In this document: positions 31,209-41,147 of the stretch, piece after piece
Layout of the letters: each line of letters opens with the position of its first letter
Numbering within the stretch: the stretch's first letter is position 1
From: an uncultured Chloroflexia bacterium
GTDB taxonomy: Bacteria; Chloroflexota; Limnocylindria; Limnocylindrales; CSP1-4
Assembly (NCBI GenBank): GCA_963764975.1
Contig: CAVXUF010000002.1
Location: forward strand, 7,778-71,777
Length of the DNA: 64,000 nt
Reading direction: 5' to 3'
Program-made: the position numbers and the translations under genes
The notes under the pieces: model-generated
Seen by the model: only the letters and a program-made list of their open reading frames with translations
Databases searched by the model: none
What the model was told of the DNA's origin: nothing

Positions 31209-31581
31209 CGAACCGCGGTCCAATGGCGCGAACCGCGGTCCACAGCCTCCACCTGTTCGATCTCGTGCTGCCGGTGCAACGATCGGCTCCGGTGTGCTCC
31301 CCACGCACACAACGGTGTCGGGAGCCGGGTTCAGGGCCTGATCCGTGCAGGATCCTTGCATCCCGGGCAAGAAAGCGTGGCACCTGCCCGCCATCGACCC
31401 GATCGTGCACCCGGAGCACGGAAGTCGACCAATTCCGGGGTCAAGGCCCTCTCGACCGGCTGTTGTGTGCCCCCGGTGCAAGACCGTGCCTCCGGCGCAA
31501 AGCAGGCGACGTCAGGCAAGTCCGTAGGCCCGACCGGCCCTCCCGACGGGACCCGGTCACGTGCCCCCGGGTCAAGACCGT
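31209..31581. repeat. Intergenic cluster of degenerate GTGC-N7-GCA motifs plus a 14-bp direct repeat
   Basis: Copies at 31265, 31294, 31405, 31467, 31486 and 31561; CGAACCGCGGTCCA at 31209 and 31229. Confidence 0.6.
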
Positions 31582-31641
31582 AGCCTGGGGAAGGGCCCGC
31601 CGGCCGGCTTCCGCCGCTCGGCCCCTGCTAGCATCGCGGCG

Positions 31642-32646
31642 ATGCCCACGAAGCGGACCGCCCCCGCCAGTACCACCAAGCCCGAGACGAAACCGGCGAC
31701 GCCCAAGCCGCGCGCCAAGTCGACCACGGCCTCGAAGCCCGGCACGGACGGCGGACCCGGACCGCTCGTGAGCGTGGACTGGCTCGCGGAACACCTTGAC
31801 GATCCCGAGCTGCGCCTCGTCCACGTCTCGCCGGATCGGCGCGTCTACAACAAGCGGCACATCGCGGGCGCCGTCTACTCGGACCTGCACAAGGAACTGG
31901 CCCTCAAGGGGACGGCGCCCGAGACCGGCGACGCGGAGCGCGAATGGCTCGTCCCGACCCGGGAGGGGACCGAGGCCGTCCTCCGCCGCTGGCGGGTGGG
32001 CGACGGCGACCGGATCGTCTTCTACGACGACATCGGCCAGAACCGCCAGGCCATCCGCGGCTACTGGCTCCTGCGCCTGTACGGCTTCCCGAGGGCGAAC
32101 CTGCACATCCTCGACGGCGGCATCGATGCCTGGCGTCGCGCCGACCGCCCGACGACCACCGACATCCCCGAACCGGACCTGGCCGACGGCCTGCGCGTGC
32201 CGGTCAAGCTCGGCGACCGCGACGACTCGCTGATCGCGACGTACGACGAGGTCCTCGCCTGGTCGCAGGAAGCCACCGCCGGCGGAACGTCAACGGGCAC
32301 CCCGGCCCCGACGCGTCTGCTCGATGTCCGGACGGCCGGCGAATACGTCGGGACGGACTTGCGGGCACGACGCGGCGGCCACATCCCGGGCGCCCGGCAG
32401 CGGCTCTTCTCGGACCTGCTCACCGACGAGGGCACGTTCCGCCCGGTCGACGAGATGGTCGCGCTGGTCCGGGCATCAGGCGTCGATCCGGCACAGATCC
32501 GCGCGACCTATTGCCAGGGCGGCGTTCGAGCGGCCCTCGCGTGGTTCGTCCTCCACGAGCTTGCCGGCTTCGGTGAGGTCAGGAGTTACGCGGGGTCATG
32601 GGAGGAGTGGGGGAACCGGCCGGACAGCCCGATCGAGGCGCCATAG
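31642..32646 (+). CDS. Two-domain sulfurtransferase (rhodanese)
   Basis: LVSVDWLAEHL, HIAGAV, LDVRT..EY, GHIPGA, active site YCQGGVRA, YAGSWEEW. Confidence 0.93.
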   Translation: MPTKRTAPASTTKPETKPATPKPRAKSTTASKPGTDGGPGPLVSVDWLAEHLDDPELRLVHVSPDRRVYNKRHIAGAVYSDLHKELALKGTAPETGDAEREWLVPTREGTEAVLRRWRVGDGDRIVFYDDIGQNRQAIRGYWLLRLYGFPRANLHILDGGIDAWRRADRPTTTDIPEPDLADGLRVPVKLGDRDDSLIATYDEVLAWSQEATAGGTSTGTPAPTRLLDVRTAGEYVGTDLRARRGGHIPGARQRLFSDLLTDEGTFRPVDEMVALVRASGVDPAQIRATYCQGGVRAALAWFVLHELAGFGEVRSYAGSWEEWGNRPDSPIEAP

Positions 32647-32799
32647 GAACGCCCATCGTGTGACGCTGGGTGTCACCGGGTGGACCGAGCGGCGCGACCG
32701 GCCGGGCTTGGCCCTCGTGCTATCCTCTCGTGCGGCGTCGAACCGACGCCGAGACGCGCGCGGTCCCGGCCATGCGCCGGGGGTCCCGCGTCGATCCGT

Positions 32800-32874
32800 T
32801 CCGGCGTAGCTCAGTGGTAGAGCGGGCGACTGTTAATCGCTTGGTCGTAAGTTCGAATCTTACCGCCGGAGCCA
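32800..32874 (+). tRNA. tRNA-Asn (GTT)
   Basis: TCCGGCG acceptor stem, AGCTCAGTGGTAGAGC D-arm, CTGTTAA anticodon loop, GTTCGAATC T-loop, encoded CCA. Confidence 0.97.
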
Positions 32875-32962
32875 CTCTCTTCCCGCGTTCGCCCGGTCGA
32901 CGGCGGCGTATCGTCACCGCCCGGCGCGGCTCCGTCTGGCGCCTCGACGGAGCGCGCCGACG

Positions 32963-33130
32963 ATGCCGGATGCGCTGACCGTGCCGCCGGCGGACTCGCC
33001 CATCGATCGGCTCCCGACGGGCGCCATCGCACTCCGCGTCGCTCATGCGGCATGGGCCATGCTGCAGCTCGTCGGGGTCGCCTCTGTCTGGACGAGCGCG
33101 ACGCGCCGGCGGCGAGGTCCCCCGAACGCC
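32963..33130 (+). pseudogene. Possible 5' remnant of a small membrane protein
   Basis: MPDALTV...AIALRVAHAAWAMLQLVGVASVWTSA then loses coding character and runs antisense into the next gene. Confidence 0.35.
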
Positions 33131-33160
33131 CGATCCGAGCAAGGACCGATCGGCTCGACC

Positions 33161-33646
33161 CTAGGGGCCGGCGGGCGGGCCCTGCAGGGTGAGCTCGACC
33201 AGCTGGAGCCTGGCGGCCAGGCGCCGGACGTCGTCCGCCGAGTCGACATGCTCGCCAAGGACGCGGAAGACGGCGCGCACGTAGGCCGGGCGCTGACGAT
33301 AGAGGTCGAGCACCATCTCGTCTCCCACATCCTCGGCGACGAGTCGCCCAACCGCCCGATGGCGTCGCCAGCGATGCCAGACCTCGACCCGCGGATCGGC
33401 CACGAGGTTACGGACCCAGTCGGCCCGCCGACCGTCGGCGGCCACTACCCAGATCCGTTCGCCCGCGCGACGGACCACGTCGAGGACGACGCGCCGCCGA
33501 CGACCACTGCGACGTCCCGTCGTCACGAGCATCAGCCACCACGACACCAGCCCACCGAGACGGAGACGGAACAGCCACTCCGGCATGAGGTAGACCCATC
33601 GCGGGATGCGTCGCGTGGGTCGATCCGCCGCCGCTCGGGCGTCCAT
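33161..33646 (-). CDS. Deazaflavin (F420H2)-dependent nitroreductase family protein
   Basis: LMLVTTGRRSGRRR, ADWVRNLVADPRVEV. Confidence 0.85.
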   Translation of the reverse strand: MDARAAADRPTRRIPRWVYLMPEWLFRLRLGGLVSWWLMLVTTGRRSGRRRRVVLDVVRRAGERIWVVAADGRRADWVRNLVADPRVEVWHRWRRHRAVGRLVAEDVGDEMVLDLYRQRPAYVRAVFRVLGEHVDSADDVRRLAARLQLVELTLQGPPAGP

Positions 33647-33738
33647 GCGTCGATCGTCGCCGGTCGCCCGAGCCGAGACAAGGGCCGATCGGCAGGGGAC
33701 GGCCGCGCCGGTTGGCCCGGCCTCGTGACCGAGGGGAC

Positions 33739-33755
33739 GCTCATCGTCCACTCAC
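33739..33755 (+). promoter_or_regulatory. Putative OmpR-family binding site (autoregulation)
   Basis: GCTCAT-N5-ACTCAC direct repeat with 11-bp period, upstream of the response regulator. Confidence 0.45.
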
Positions 33756-33777
33756 GCGGTGCTGCGATGATGGGCGC

Positions 33778-34485
33778 ATGACCAACATGCCCGTCGATCC
33801 GGAGCCGGCCGAGATCCTGGTCGTGGACGACGACCCGCGATTGGCGGCGTCGGTGCGTCGCGCTCTCGCGTTTGCCGGCCATCGCGTACGGATCGCGGGA
33901 GACGGCCCGGCAGCCCTGGCCGCGATCCACGAGCGGCCGCCCGATCTCGTCGTGCTCGACCGCATGCTGCCGGGCCTCGACGGCGTGGAGGTCTGCCGGC
34001 GGTTGCGCGCGGCCGGGGACGACCTACCCGTGCTCATGCTGACGGCGCGCGACACGGTCGATGACCGGGTCGCTGGGCTGGATGCCGGCGCGGACGACTA
34101 CCTCGTGAAGCCGTTCGCGTACGAGGAGCTGATGGCGCGTGTCCGCTCGCTGCTCCGGCGGCGGGCATCGGTCGGTGCGTCCCGGGAACGGCTCGTCTTC
34201 GCGGATCTTGTCCTCGATGTCGGGCGCCACGAGGGGCTCCGCGGGGAGCGCGCGCTGACCCTGTCGGCCCTCGAATTCGAGCTGCTCGCGCACTTCCTCC
34301 GCCACCCGCGGCTGGTCCAGTCGCGTGAGCGCCTGCTCGACATCGTGTGGGGGATGGACGTCGAGACCGCATCGAACGTGGTCGATGTCTACGTGGGCTA
34401 CCTGCGTCGCGAACTGGAGGCCGGCGGGGAACCGCGACTGCTCCAGACGATCCGCGGCGTGGGCTACGTGCTGCGCGAGGCCTAA
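33778..34485 (+). CDS. OmpR-family response regulator (MprA-like)
   Basis: ILVVDDD, LDRMLPGLDG, GADDYLVKPF, SNVVDVYVGYLR, TIRGVGYVLRE. Confidence 0.96.
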   Translation: MTNMPVDPEPAEILVVDDDPRLAASVRRALAFAGHRVRIAGDGPAALAAIHERPPDLVVLDRMLPGLDGVEVCRRLRAAGDDLPVLMLTARDTVDDRVAGLDAGADDYLVKPFAYEELMARVRSLLRRRASVGASRERLVFADLVLDVGRHEGLRGERALTLSALEFELLAHFLRHPRLVQSRERLLDIVWGMDVETASNVVDVYVGYLRRELEAGGEPRLLQTIRGVGYVLREA

Positions 34486-34487
34486 GG

Positions 34488-35882
34488 ATGCGGATCCGGC
34501 GCCGTCTTGTCCTCTACGCGATCGGCGTCGCGGCGCTCGGCATGACCCTCTTCGCGGTGCTGCTCACGGCCCTCCTGTCGCGCGGCGTCGTGACCGATCA
34601 GGCGCGGGCGCTCGCGACGATCGCGGCCGACGCCGCCAGCGCCGTCGCCGCGGCGGATCCCGGCGCCGGTGGACCGCCGCTGGTGGTGGCCGACCTGGCC
34701 ACGAGCCTCGACCCGTTCATCGTCGTCCTCGATGCGGACGGTTCCGTCCGGTACGCGACCGCCACCCTTGACGGCGCGCCGCCGCGGATCCCGGCCGCGG
34801 TCCTCGTCGAGGCGGCCGAGACCGGCTGGTCCGAGGCTGAATTCACGCTCGCCCCGGAACTCGGGATCCGGGTCGCCGCCGTGTCCTTCACCCGCCCCGC
34901 CGACGAAACCGCGGGCGTGGTCGTCGCGGGCCAGGCGACGGCGTTCACGGAACAGCAGGTGACCGGCCTGACCGTCTTCCTGGTGCTGTCGGGGATCATC
35001 ACGGTCGTCGCCGTGGCCATGGTCTCGTGGCTGGTCATCGGTCGGGCGCTGCGACCGCTTCGGACGTTGACCGCCACGGTCGACGAGATCCGCCGGACCG
35101 GCGACCTGTCGCGCCGCCTCGCACCGACACGATCGCGCGACGAGGTGGGCGTGCTCACGACGAGCTTCAACGCGATGCTCGATGACGTCGCGGCCGCGCA
35201 TGCCCGCCAGGCCGACGCGCTCGCGGCCCAGCGACGGTTCGCGGCCGACGCGTCGCATGAGCTGCGAACGCCGCTCACCACGATCCGGACGAACGCGGAG
35301 TTTCTGGCCGAGCACCCGGACGTCGCGGCCGCCGACCGCGCCGAAGCGCTCGCGGACGTCGCCGCCGAGGCGGCCCGGATGGCCCGCTTGGTCGACGGGC
35401 TGCTCACGCTGGCTCGCACCGACGCTGGAACGGCGCCGGAGCGACGGGCCGTGGATCTAGCCGGCATCGCCCTCGAGGTCGCCCGTACGGCGGACCGGTC
35501 GATCCCCGGGCGGGCCGTCCGCTTGACGAGCGACGGGCCCGCGGTCATCGATGGCGATCCGGAATTGCTCGCTCGACTCGTGTGGATCCTCGTGGACAAC
35601 GCCCACCGCCACGGGGCGGGCGACATCGACCTGGATGTCCGCACGGTCAACCGTGTCGCTCAGCTCTCGGTCGCCGACCGCGGCCCGGGCATCGCCGCGG
35701 AGGACCGCGAGCGGGTGTTCGAGCGGTTCTCGCGTACGGACGCTTCGCGGACCGGGGGCGGCGCCGGTCTCGGACTCGCCATCGCCCGGGCGATCGCGGA
35801 GACGCACGGCGGGTCGATCCGGATCGATGCCCGCGAGGGTGGCGGCGCGCTGGTCACGGTGGAGTTCCCGATCACGGCCTGA
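34488..35882 (+). CDS. HAMP-domain sensor histidine kinase (MprB-like)
   Basis: Two TM helices, HAMP, DASHELRTPLTT, LVDNA, DRGPGI, GLGLAIA. Confidence 0.95.
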   Translation: MRIRRRLVLYAIGVAALGMTLFAVLLTALLSRGVVTDQARALATIAADAASAVAAADPGAGGPPLVVADLATSLDPFIVVLDADGSVRYATATLDGAPPRIPAAVLVEAAETGWSEAEFTLAPELGIRVAAVSFTRPADETAGVVVAGQATAFTEQQVTGLTVFLVLSGIITVVAVAMVSWLVIGRALRPLRTLTATVDEIRRTGDLSRRLAPTRSRDEVGVLTTSFNAMLDDVAAAHARQADALAAQRRFAADASHELRTPLTTIRTNAEFLAEHPDVAAADRAEALADVAAEAARMARLVDGLLTLARTDAGTAPERRAVDLAGIALEVARTADRSIPGRAVRLTSDGPAVIDGDPELLARLVWILVDNAHRHGAGDIDLDVRTVNRVAQLSVADRGPGIAAEDRERVFERFSRTDASRTGGGAGLGLAIARAIAETHGGSIRIDAREGGGALVTVEFPITA

Positions 35883-35889
35883 CCGGATC

Positions 35890-35928
35890 TCTCATCGAAC
35901 GCTCATCCACGGTCCATGCGGCTCTCAT
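35890..35928 (+). promoter_or_regulatory. Array of four phased half-sites, putative response regulator binding site
   Basis: TCTCAT (35890), GCTCAT (35901), GTCCAT (35912), TCTCAT (35923), exact 11-bp period. Confidence 0.6.
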
Positions 35929-35950
35929 CGACGGCGGCGAGTCTCGTGGC

Positions 35951-36364
35951 ATGGACACCGACCGAACCCCCGACCGTGGCAGCCTCGTCGAGGTCGCCGT
36001 GGTCCTCGTCATCATCCAGGGCGCCATCCTCGTGGTCGGCGCGATCGAGGCGATGGTCTTCGCCTCGTTCGTGGGCCCGGGGGGCATCGCCTCGATCCTG
36101 CTCACGGTCGTCGCGGCGGGCCTGACGCTGGGTACGGCCTGCGGGCTCGCCCGGCACCGGCGACTCGCCCGGCGCTGGGCGCTCGTCGCCGAGACCTGGG
36201 TGCTGCTGGTCGCCGGACTCGATACCGCGCTCTCATTCGCGGTCGTCGGTACCGCTCCAGGCCCCGTCCTCGTCCTCTCGCGGGTCGTGATCCCGCTGGC
36301 CGTCATCGCCCTGCTGCGGCGCCCGATCGTGCGCGCCGCATTCGTTCCGGGAGGGGTGGCATGA
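35951..36364 (+). CDS. Hypothetical 4-TM membrane protein
   Basis: MDTDRTPDRGSLVEVAVVLVIIQGAILVVG...; ATGA overlap with the next gene. Confidence 0.75.
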   Translation: MDTDRTPDRGSLVEVAVVLVIIQGAILVVGAIEAMVFASFVGPGGIASILLTVVAAGLTLGTACGLARHRRLARRWALVAETWVLLVAGLDTALSFAVVGTAPGPVLVLSRVVIPLAVIALLRRPIVRAAFVPGGVA

Positions 36365-37608
36365 ACCCGTTCGGTGGCATCTTCCACGCGCCAACGCCGC
36401 TCGCGGATGGCGGGCACCACGGCGCAGCTGTCGGGTCAGGGCCGATCGGCAATCCGATGTACGACATCGCCCCCGGGCACGAGGTGGCCATCCTCGCCTT
36501 GCTACTCCTGCCGGTCGTGGCCTGGTGGATCGGGATCCGGGCGACCGACGGTTCCCGCCGCGCCACGATCCTGCGTGACGGGTATGCGAACCTCACCCCG
36601 CTCGACCAGCTGGCCGTCTGGGCGATGGCCGCCTCGGCCGCGATCCACCTGGCCCTCGCGCCCGGCCACGGCGGCGGCGGGATCCCCGCCCTGTTCGTCC
36701 TCCAGGCCGGCCTCCTCGGTCTGGTCATGTGGCGGGCCGTCAGGGGCCGTTCGTGGCGCCGACTCGGCGGCGCGGTCCTCGCCGGGTCCGTCCTGGCCTA
36801 CGCCGTCGCCCTCTTCGGGGGCGAGGCACCGGATCAGGTGGGACTGGCGACCAAGCTCATCGAAGTCGTCGGCCTCGCGGCGATCGCCCGCGCTGCGGCA
36901 CGCGGCCGGCGGTTCCGCTCGATCGGCGCGTCGCTCCTCGTCGTCGGGCTCCTGTTCGGGACGTCGGTCGCGGGCTGGGTCTCGGCGTTCGCGGTCGCCG
37001 GCGGCACGGCGACGGGTCACGGCCACGGTCAGGGCCACGACGCCGGGGCCGTCCCGCCGCCAGGCTCGACGATCCCGAGTGGCCTGGCCGACGAGGCGAC
37101 CCCCGAGGAGGTCGAAGCGGCTGACGCGGTCCATGCGGCCGTGGCCGAGACTCTGGCCCGCTATGCGGACCCAAGGGTCGCGGCGGCCGACGGGTACGAC
37201 ACGGCCGGGATCCACGGCACCGATTTCCACGCGTCGAACCCCGCGTACGAGGAGGACGGCCGGATCCTCGACCCGGAGCGGCCCGAGAACCTCGTCTACG
37301 CCGCCACGTCGCGTGGCCCGCTGTTGCTCGGGGCGATGTTCACGGTCCCGGCGGGAACGTCGGGTCCGATGGTGGGAGGCCCGCTGACGGTCTGGCACGC
37401 GCACGAGCAAGTGTGCGTCGGCCTGCTGCCGCCGGGGCTGACGGGTGTGCTCGCACCGCTGGGCGGATGCCCGGTCGGCTCGCTGGACTTCCCGATGACG
37501 AACGAGATGATCCATGTCTGGACCGTCCCAGGCGCCCCCCAGCAGTGGGGCGACCTCGACGAGGCGTGGCGTGCGGCGTACCTCAGCGAGATCGAGACGC
37601 GGCCCTGA
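36361..37608 (+). CDS. His-rich multi-pass membrane protein with a C-terminal extracytoplasmic His/Met-containing domain
   Basis: AAIHLALAPGH, GLATKLIE, GHGHGQGHD, LDPERPENLVY, WHAHEQVC, EMIHVW. Confidence 0.75.
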   Translation: MNPFGGIFHAPTPLADGGHHGAAVGSGPIGNPMYDIAPGHEVAILALLLLPVVAWWIGIRATDGSRRATILRDGYANLTPLDQLAVWAMAASAAIHLALAPGHGGGGIPALFVLQAGLLGLVMWRAVRGRSWRRLGGAVLAGSVLAYAVALFGGEAPDQVGLATKLIEVVGLAAIARAAARGRRFRSIGASLLVVGLLFGTSVAGWVSAFAVAGGTATGHGHGQGHDAGAVPPPGSTIPSGLADEATPEEVEAADAVHAAVAETLARYADPRVAAADGYDTAGIHGTDFHASNPAYEEDGRILDPERPENLVYAATSRGPLLLGAMFTVPAGTSGPMVGGPLTVWHAHEQVCVGLLPPGLTGVLAPLGGCPVGSLDFPMTNEMIHVWTVPGAPQQWGDLDEAWRAAYLSEIETRP

Positions 37609-37618
37609 CCGGTCGGCG

Positions 37619-38854
37619 TCACCCGTCCTCGAGCGGCCGTGCCGTGTCCAGGTCCAGCCGCCGCAGCGACGGCGCCAGCACGGCCACGAGACCCACGACG
37701 GCGAGCGTCACCACGCCGCCACCGACGACGGCCGGCACCGTCCCGAACAGCCGCGCGGCGATCCCGCTCTCGAAGGCCCCCAGTTCGTTCGATGCGCCAA
37801 CGAACACCCAGTTGACCGAGGCCACGCGCCCGCGGATCCGCTCCGGTGACAGCACCCGCAGGATCGTCTGGCGGATGACGACGCTGATGCCGTCGGTCAC
37901 ACCGCTGAAGAACAGGGCGACCATCGAAAGCACGAAACTCGTGGACAAGCCGAACACGATCATGCTGACACCGAACCCGGCGACGCTGATGAGCAGCGTT
38001 CGCCCGGCATGGGTCGACGGCGGCCGGCGAGCGGCGATGAGCATGACCAGCAATGCCCCCACCGACGGCGCCGTCCGCAGCAGGCCGAGACCCGCCGCGC
38101 CCACGTGCAGGATGTCCTCCGCAAAGATCGGCATGAGCGCCATGGCGCCCCCGAAGAACACCGCGAAGAGGTCCAGCGCCATCGAGCCGATCAGGGCGGG
38201 ACTGCGCCGGACGTAGCGGATCCCGCCGAGCAGATTCTCGACGAAGCGCTCCCCGACGATCCGCTCGGGGACCGGCTTGCGCTCGATGAGGAGCACGAAC
38301 GCGGCCGACAGGAGCAGCAGTCCGGCGATCGCCGCGTAGGTCGCCGGGATCCCGATGACCGCGACCGCGATCCCGCCGAGCGCCGGTCCGAGGATCCAGG
38401 CCGTCTGGCTCACGCTGCTGACGTAGGACACGCCGCGGAGCGCGTCCTCGCGCGGGATGATCTGGGCCTCGAAGGCGGACACCGCCGGTCGTTCGAAGCT
38501 GCTCGCCACCCCCGCGAGGAAGATGACGACGAGGATCGAGCCGAGCGTGACCGCGGTGGTCGCGGACAGGACGGCGAGGGCCGCGGCGCACAGGGCCGTC
38601 GCGATGCTCCCGACCACGATGATCGTCCGTCGGTCGTAGCGATCGGCGACCTGCCCGCCAAGGAGCATCAGCGAGAGCGCCGGGATCGCCTCCACCAGCC
38701 CGAGCAGTCCGAGCGCCAGGGGATCGCCCGTCACCAGGTACGTCTGATAGCCGACGACCGTGACGAAGCCGCTGCTGGTCACCCCGAAGGTGAAGCGGAC
38801 GCCGAGCAGGGCCTGGAACTCCCGCTGGCGGAGCAGCGGGACGCGGCGACTCAA
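37619..38854 (-). CDS. MFS transporter (DHA3/macrolide-efflux-like)
   Basis: GGQVADRYDRR, LDLFAVFFGG, RGRVASVN..FVGASNELGAFESG; TTG start overlaps the upstream stop. Confidence 0.9.
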   Translation of the reverse strand: MSRRVPLLRQREFQALLGVRFTFGVTSSGFVTVVGYQTYLVTGDPLALGLLGLVEAIPALSLMLLGGQVADRYDRRTIIVVGSIATALCAAALAVLSATTAVTLGSILVVIFLAGVASSFERPAVSAFEAQIIPREDALRGVSYVSSVSQTAWILGPALGGIAVAVIGIPATYAAIAGLLLLSAAFVLLIERKPVPERIVGERFVENLLGGIRYVRRSPALIGSMALDLFAVFFGGAMALMPIFAEDILHVGAAGLGLLRTAPSVGALLVMLIAARRPPSTHAGRTLLISVAGFGVSMIVFGLSTSFVLSMVALFFSGVTDGISVVIRQTILRVLSPERIRGRVASVNWVFVGASNELGAFESGIAARLFGTVPAVVGGGVVTLAVVGLVAVLAPSLRRLDLDTARPLEDG

Positions 38855-39453
38855 TCGGGTCCGGGCAGGTGGCACGCCTCGTTCCAGGTCTCGATGACCC
38901 GTCGGTCGCGATCCCACCCGAGCACGGAGACCGTCGCGGTCGACAGTCCGAACAGGCCGCCGCTCGCGCCGTCGAGACCCAGCCAGCGGGCCGCCAGGAC
39001 CCGCAGCAGGTGCCCGTGCCCGAACAGGAGGACGTCGCCCTCCGGATCGACCGCGGCCGTTCGAGCGAGGACGCGGTCGGCGCGAGCGGACACGTCATCG
39101 ATGGTCTCGGCGTCCGGCCACGGACCGGTCCAGATCGACCAGTCGGGCAGGCCCTCGCGGATCTCGATGGTGGTTCGACCCTCGAACGCGCCGTAGTCCC
39201 ACTCCATGAGGTCCGCTTCGGCCTGCGCGACCGCGCCGAACCCGGCGAGTCCGGCCGTCTCCCAGGCCCGCGACAACGGCGACGCGAGGACCAGGCTGAA
39301 CCGCTCGCCCCGAAGTCGGCGCCCGAGCGCTGCCGCTTGCGCTCGCCCCACGTCCGTCAGCGGGATGTCCGTGCGGCCCGTGTGACGGCCCAGCCGTGCC
39401 CACTCGGTCTCGCCGTGGCGGACCAGCCAGAGCTGCCGCTCGGTCACGGTCAT
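38851..39453 (-). CDS. Histidine phosphatase family protein
   Basis: LVRHGETEW, SPLSRAWET, EWDYG, GHGH. Confidence 0.93.
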   Translation of the reverse strand: MTVTERQLWLVRHGETEWARLGRHTGRTDIPLTDVGRAQAAALGRRLRGERFSLVLASPLSRAWETAGLAGFGAVAQAEADLMEWDYGAFEGRTTIEIREGLPDWSIWTGPWPDAETIDDVSARADRVLARTAAVDPEGDVLLFGHGHLLRVLAARWLGLDGASGGLFGLSTATVSVLGWDRDRRVIETWNEACHLPGPD

Positions 39454-39463
39454 GACGACGACA

Positions 39464-40048
39464 TCACGAGGATCCACCGGTACCGAGCGTCACGTCCGGA
39501 CGAGCGGTCTCGGACGGTTCCGCGGCGAAGAACTCCCGTGGCCCCCACCCGAGGATCGCCGCGAGGAGGTTCGTCGGGACCTGCGCGATCCGCGTGTTGT
39601 AGCGATAGACCTGATCGTTGTAGAGCTCGCGACGGTCCGCGATGATCCCCTCGAGGCGCTCGATCTCGTCCTGGAGGTCCATCACGTTCGCTGCCGACTT
39701 GATCTCCGGGTAGTTCTCCACCGTCGCGAACAGCGAGCGCAGCGCGGCACTGGTCTGCGCCGACACGGCCGCCGCCGCCGGCACCGGTTGTCGTGGCGCG
39801 TAGGCGGCGCGCGCCTCCGTGACGCGCACGAGGACGTCCTGCTCGAACCGCATCACGCCGCGCACCGCATCCACCAGCGCGGGCAGCTGGTCGAACCGCT
39901 GCTTGAGCGCGACGTCGATGTTCGACCAGGCCTTGTCGATCCGCTGGCGGAGCGCGACCACGGCGTTGTACGTGTTCAGCGCCATGAACCCGACGACCAG
40001 GATCAGCAGTCCCACGGCGAACAGCGCCGCGATCGATGCGGGATCCAC
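39464..40048 (-). CDS. lemA: LemA family protein
   Basis: YNAVVALRQRIDKAWSNIDVALKQRFD, ENYPEIKS, RRELYN. Confidence 0.93.
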   Translation of the reverse strand: MDPASIAALFAVGLLILVVGFMALNTYNAVVALRQRIDKAWSNIDVALKQRFDQLPALVDAVRGVMRFEQDVLVRVTEARAAYAPRQPVPAAAAVSAQTSAALRSLFATVENYPEIKSAANVMDLQDEIERLEGIIADRRELYNDQVYRYNTRIAQVPTNLLAAILGWGPREFFAAEPSETARPDVTLGTGGSS

Positions 40049-41115
40049 TACGCGAACCCTCCACTCAGCATGACGGCGAACACCATCGCCGAAGCGATCG
40101 CCAACGCGGCGCCCAACAGACCGACGAGGAAGCGGTCGTCCTGTCGCGCCGCGGCGGCGCCGGGCGTGCCGTGCGCGATCAGCAGCGGCACCTCCGCGGA
40201 GGCCGCCACGACCAGGTCCTCTGGCGCGATCTCGAAGCGTCGCTCGTTGTGCGCGGCCTCGTCCGCCGTTGCGAGGGGGAGCGGGTTCGCGGCCGGGTCC
40301 AGCTCCGGGGCACGGACCGGTCGACCGATCCCGAACCCCGGGATCGCGGCATTCCCCCACGCCTCCTCGGGGTCGGTCTCGAGCGTGCCGGCGGCACGGG
40401 CCGCGGCGATGCTCGCCGCGATCTCGGGGTCGTCGGCGAGCGACGCCAGGCCGTCGTCGAGCCCCAGGTCGGCGGATGCCGGGTCGTCGAGGTCGGCGAA
40501 CGGCAGGGCTCGGCCGACGACGGTGACCTCGTCCCCGGGTTCGAGTCGAAGCTCGCGGAATCGTCGCCGGCCGTTCGTAGAACCGCCAAGTGTCGCGAGG
40601 GCGGACAGACCGGCCGGCCGGACCGTCAGCAGCGCCGCGACCGCGGCTTCCGGGCTGGGATCGGCGGCCTGGAATGGGTCCCCGACCCTGACCGCCAGCC
40701 CAGGAGGGGAGTCGCCGAGCATGCCGCTCCGCTCGTCGAATCGCGCCGGGGCGTCGATGTGGCCGCCCCTCGGGAAGACGCGCAGGGAGCCGCTCCCGTC
40801 GCGCACGCGAAAGCCGATGCTCCGTTCCTCGACGATGCCATCGTCGCGTCCGCCACCATCCTCATCGCTGATCGTGGCCCGGTAGTAGACACATGGGACG
40901 CTCTGCAGCAGCGAGACGAGCAGCACCTCGGCCGGCTCGATCACCCCGCTGACACGCACCTCGCCGGCCGCGATGGCGCTGATCCGCGATGTCGATGTGT
41001 CCGCGATCCGGGCACTCGTCCGGTACCCACGCATCCCCCGCGCCAGCAGCACCAGTCCGCCGACGAAGCCGATCGCAGAGACCGACGCGACCGTCGGATC
41101 GAGGGAGGGGTCCAC
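40048..41115 (-). CDS. GIDE-domain membrane protein
   Basis: N- and C-terminal TM; IADTSTSRI..IAAGEV.VSG, CVYYR, FRVRDGSGSLRV, LEPGDEVTVVG; adjacent to lemA. Confidence 0.75.
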   Translation of the reverse strand: MDPSLDPTVASVSAIGFVGGLVLLARGMRGYRTSARIADTSTSRISAIAAGEVRVSGVIEPAEVLLVSLLQSVPCVYYRATISDEDGGGRDDGIVEERSIGFRVRDGSGSLRVFPRGGHIDAPARFDERSGMLGDSPPGLAVRVGDPFQAADPSPEAAVAALLTVRPAGLSALATLGGSTNGRRRFRELRLEPGDEVTVVGRALPFADLDDPASADLGLDDGLASLADDPEIAASIAAARAAGTLETDPEEAWGNAAIPGFGIGRPVRAPELDPAANPLPLATADEAAHNERRFEIAPEDLVVAASAEVPLLIAHGTPGAAAARQDDRFLVGLLGAALAIASAMVFAVMLSGGFA

Positions 41116-41147
41116 CGCGCCATCGTACGGGAGCGGTTCGGGCGCGG

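Noticed and set aside
32800-33160. Integrative element at tRNA-Asn
   Set aside because: No integrase and no duplicated tRNA 3' end seen in the window.
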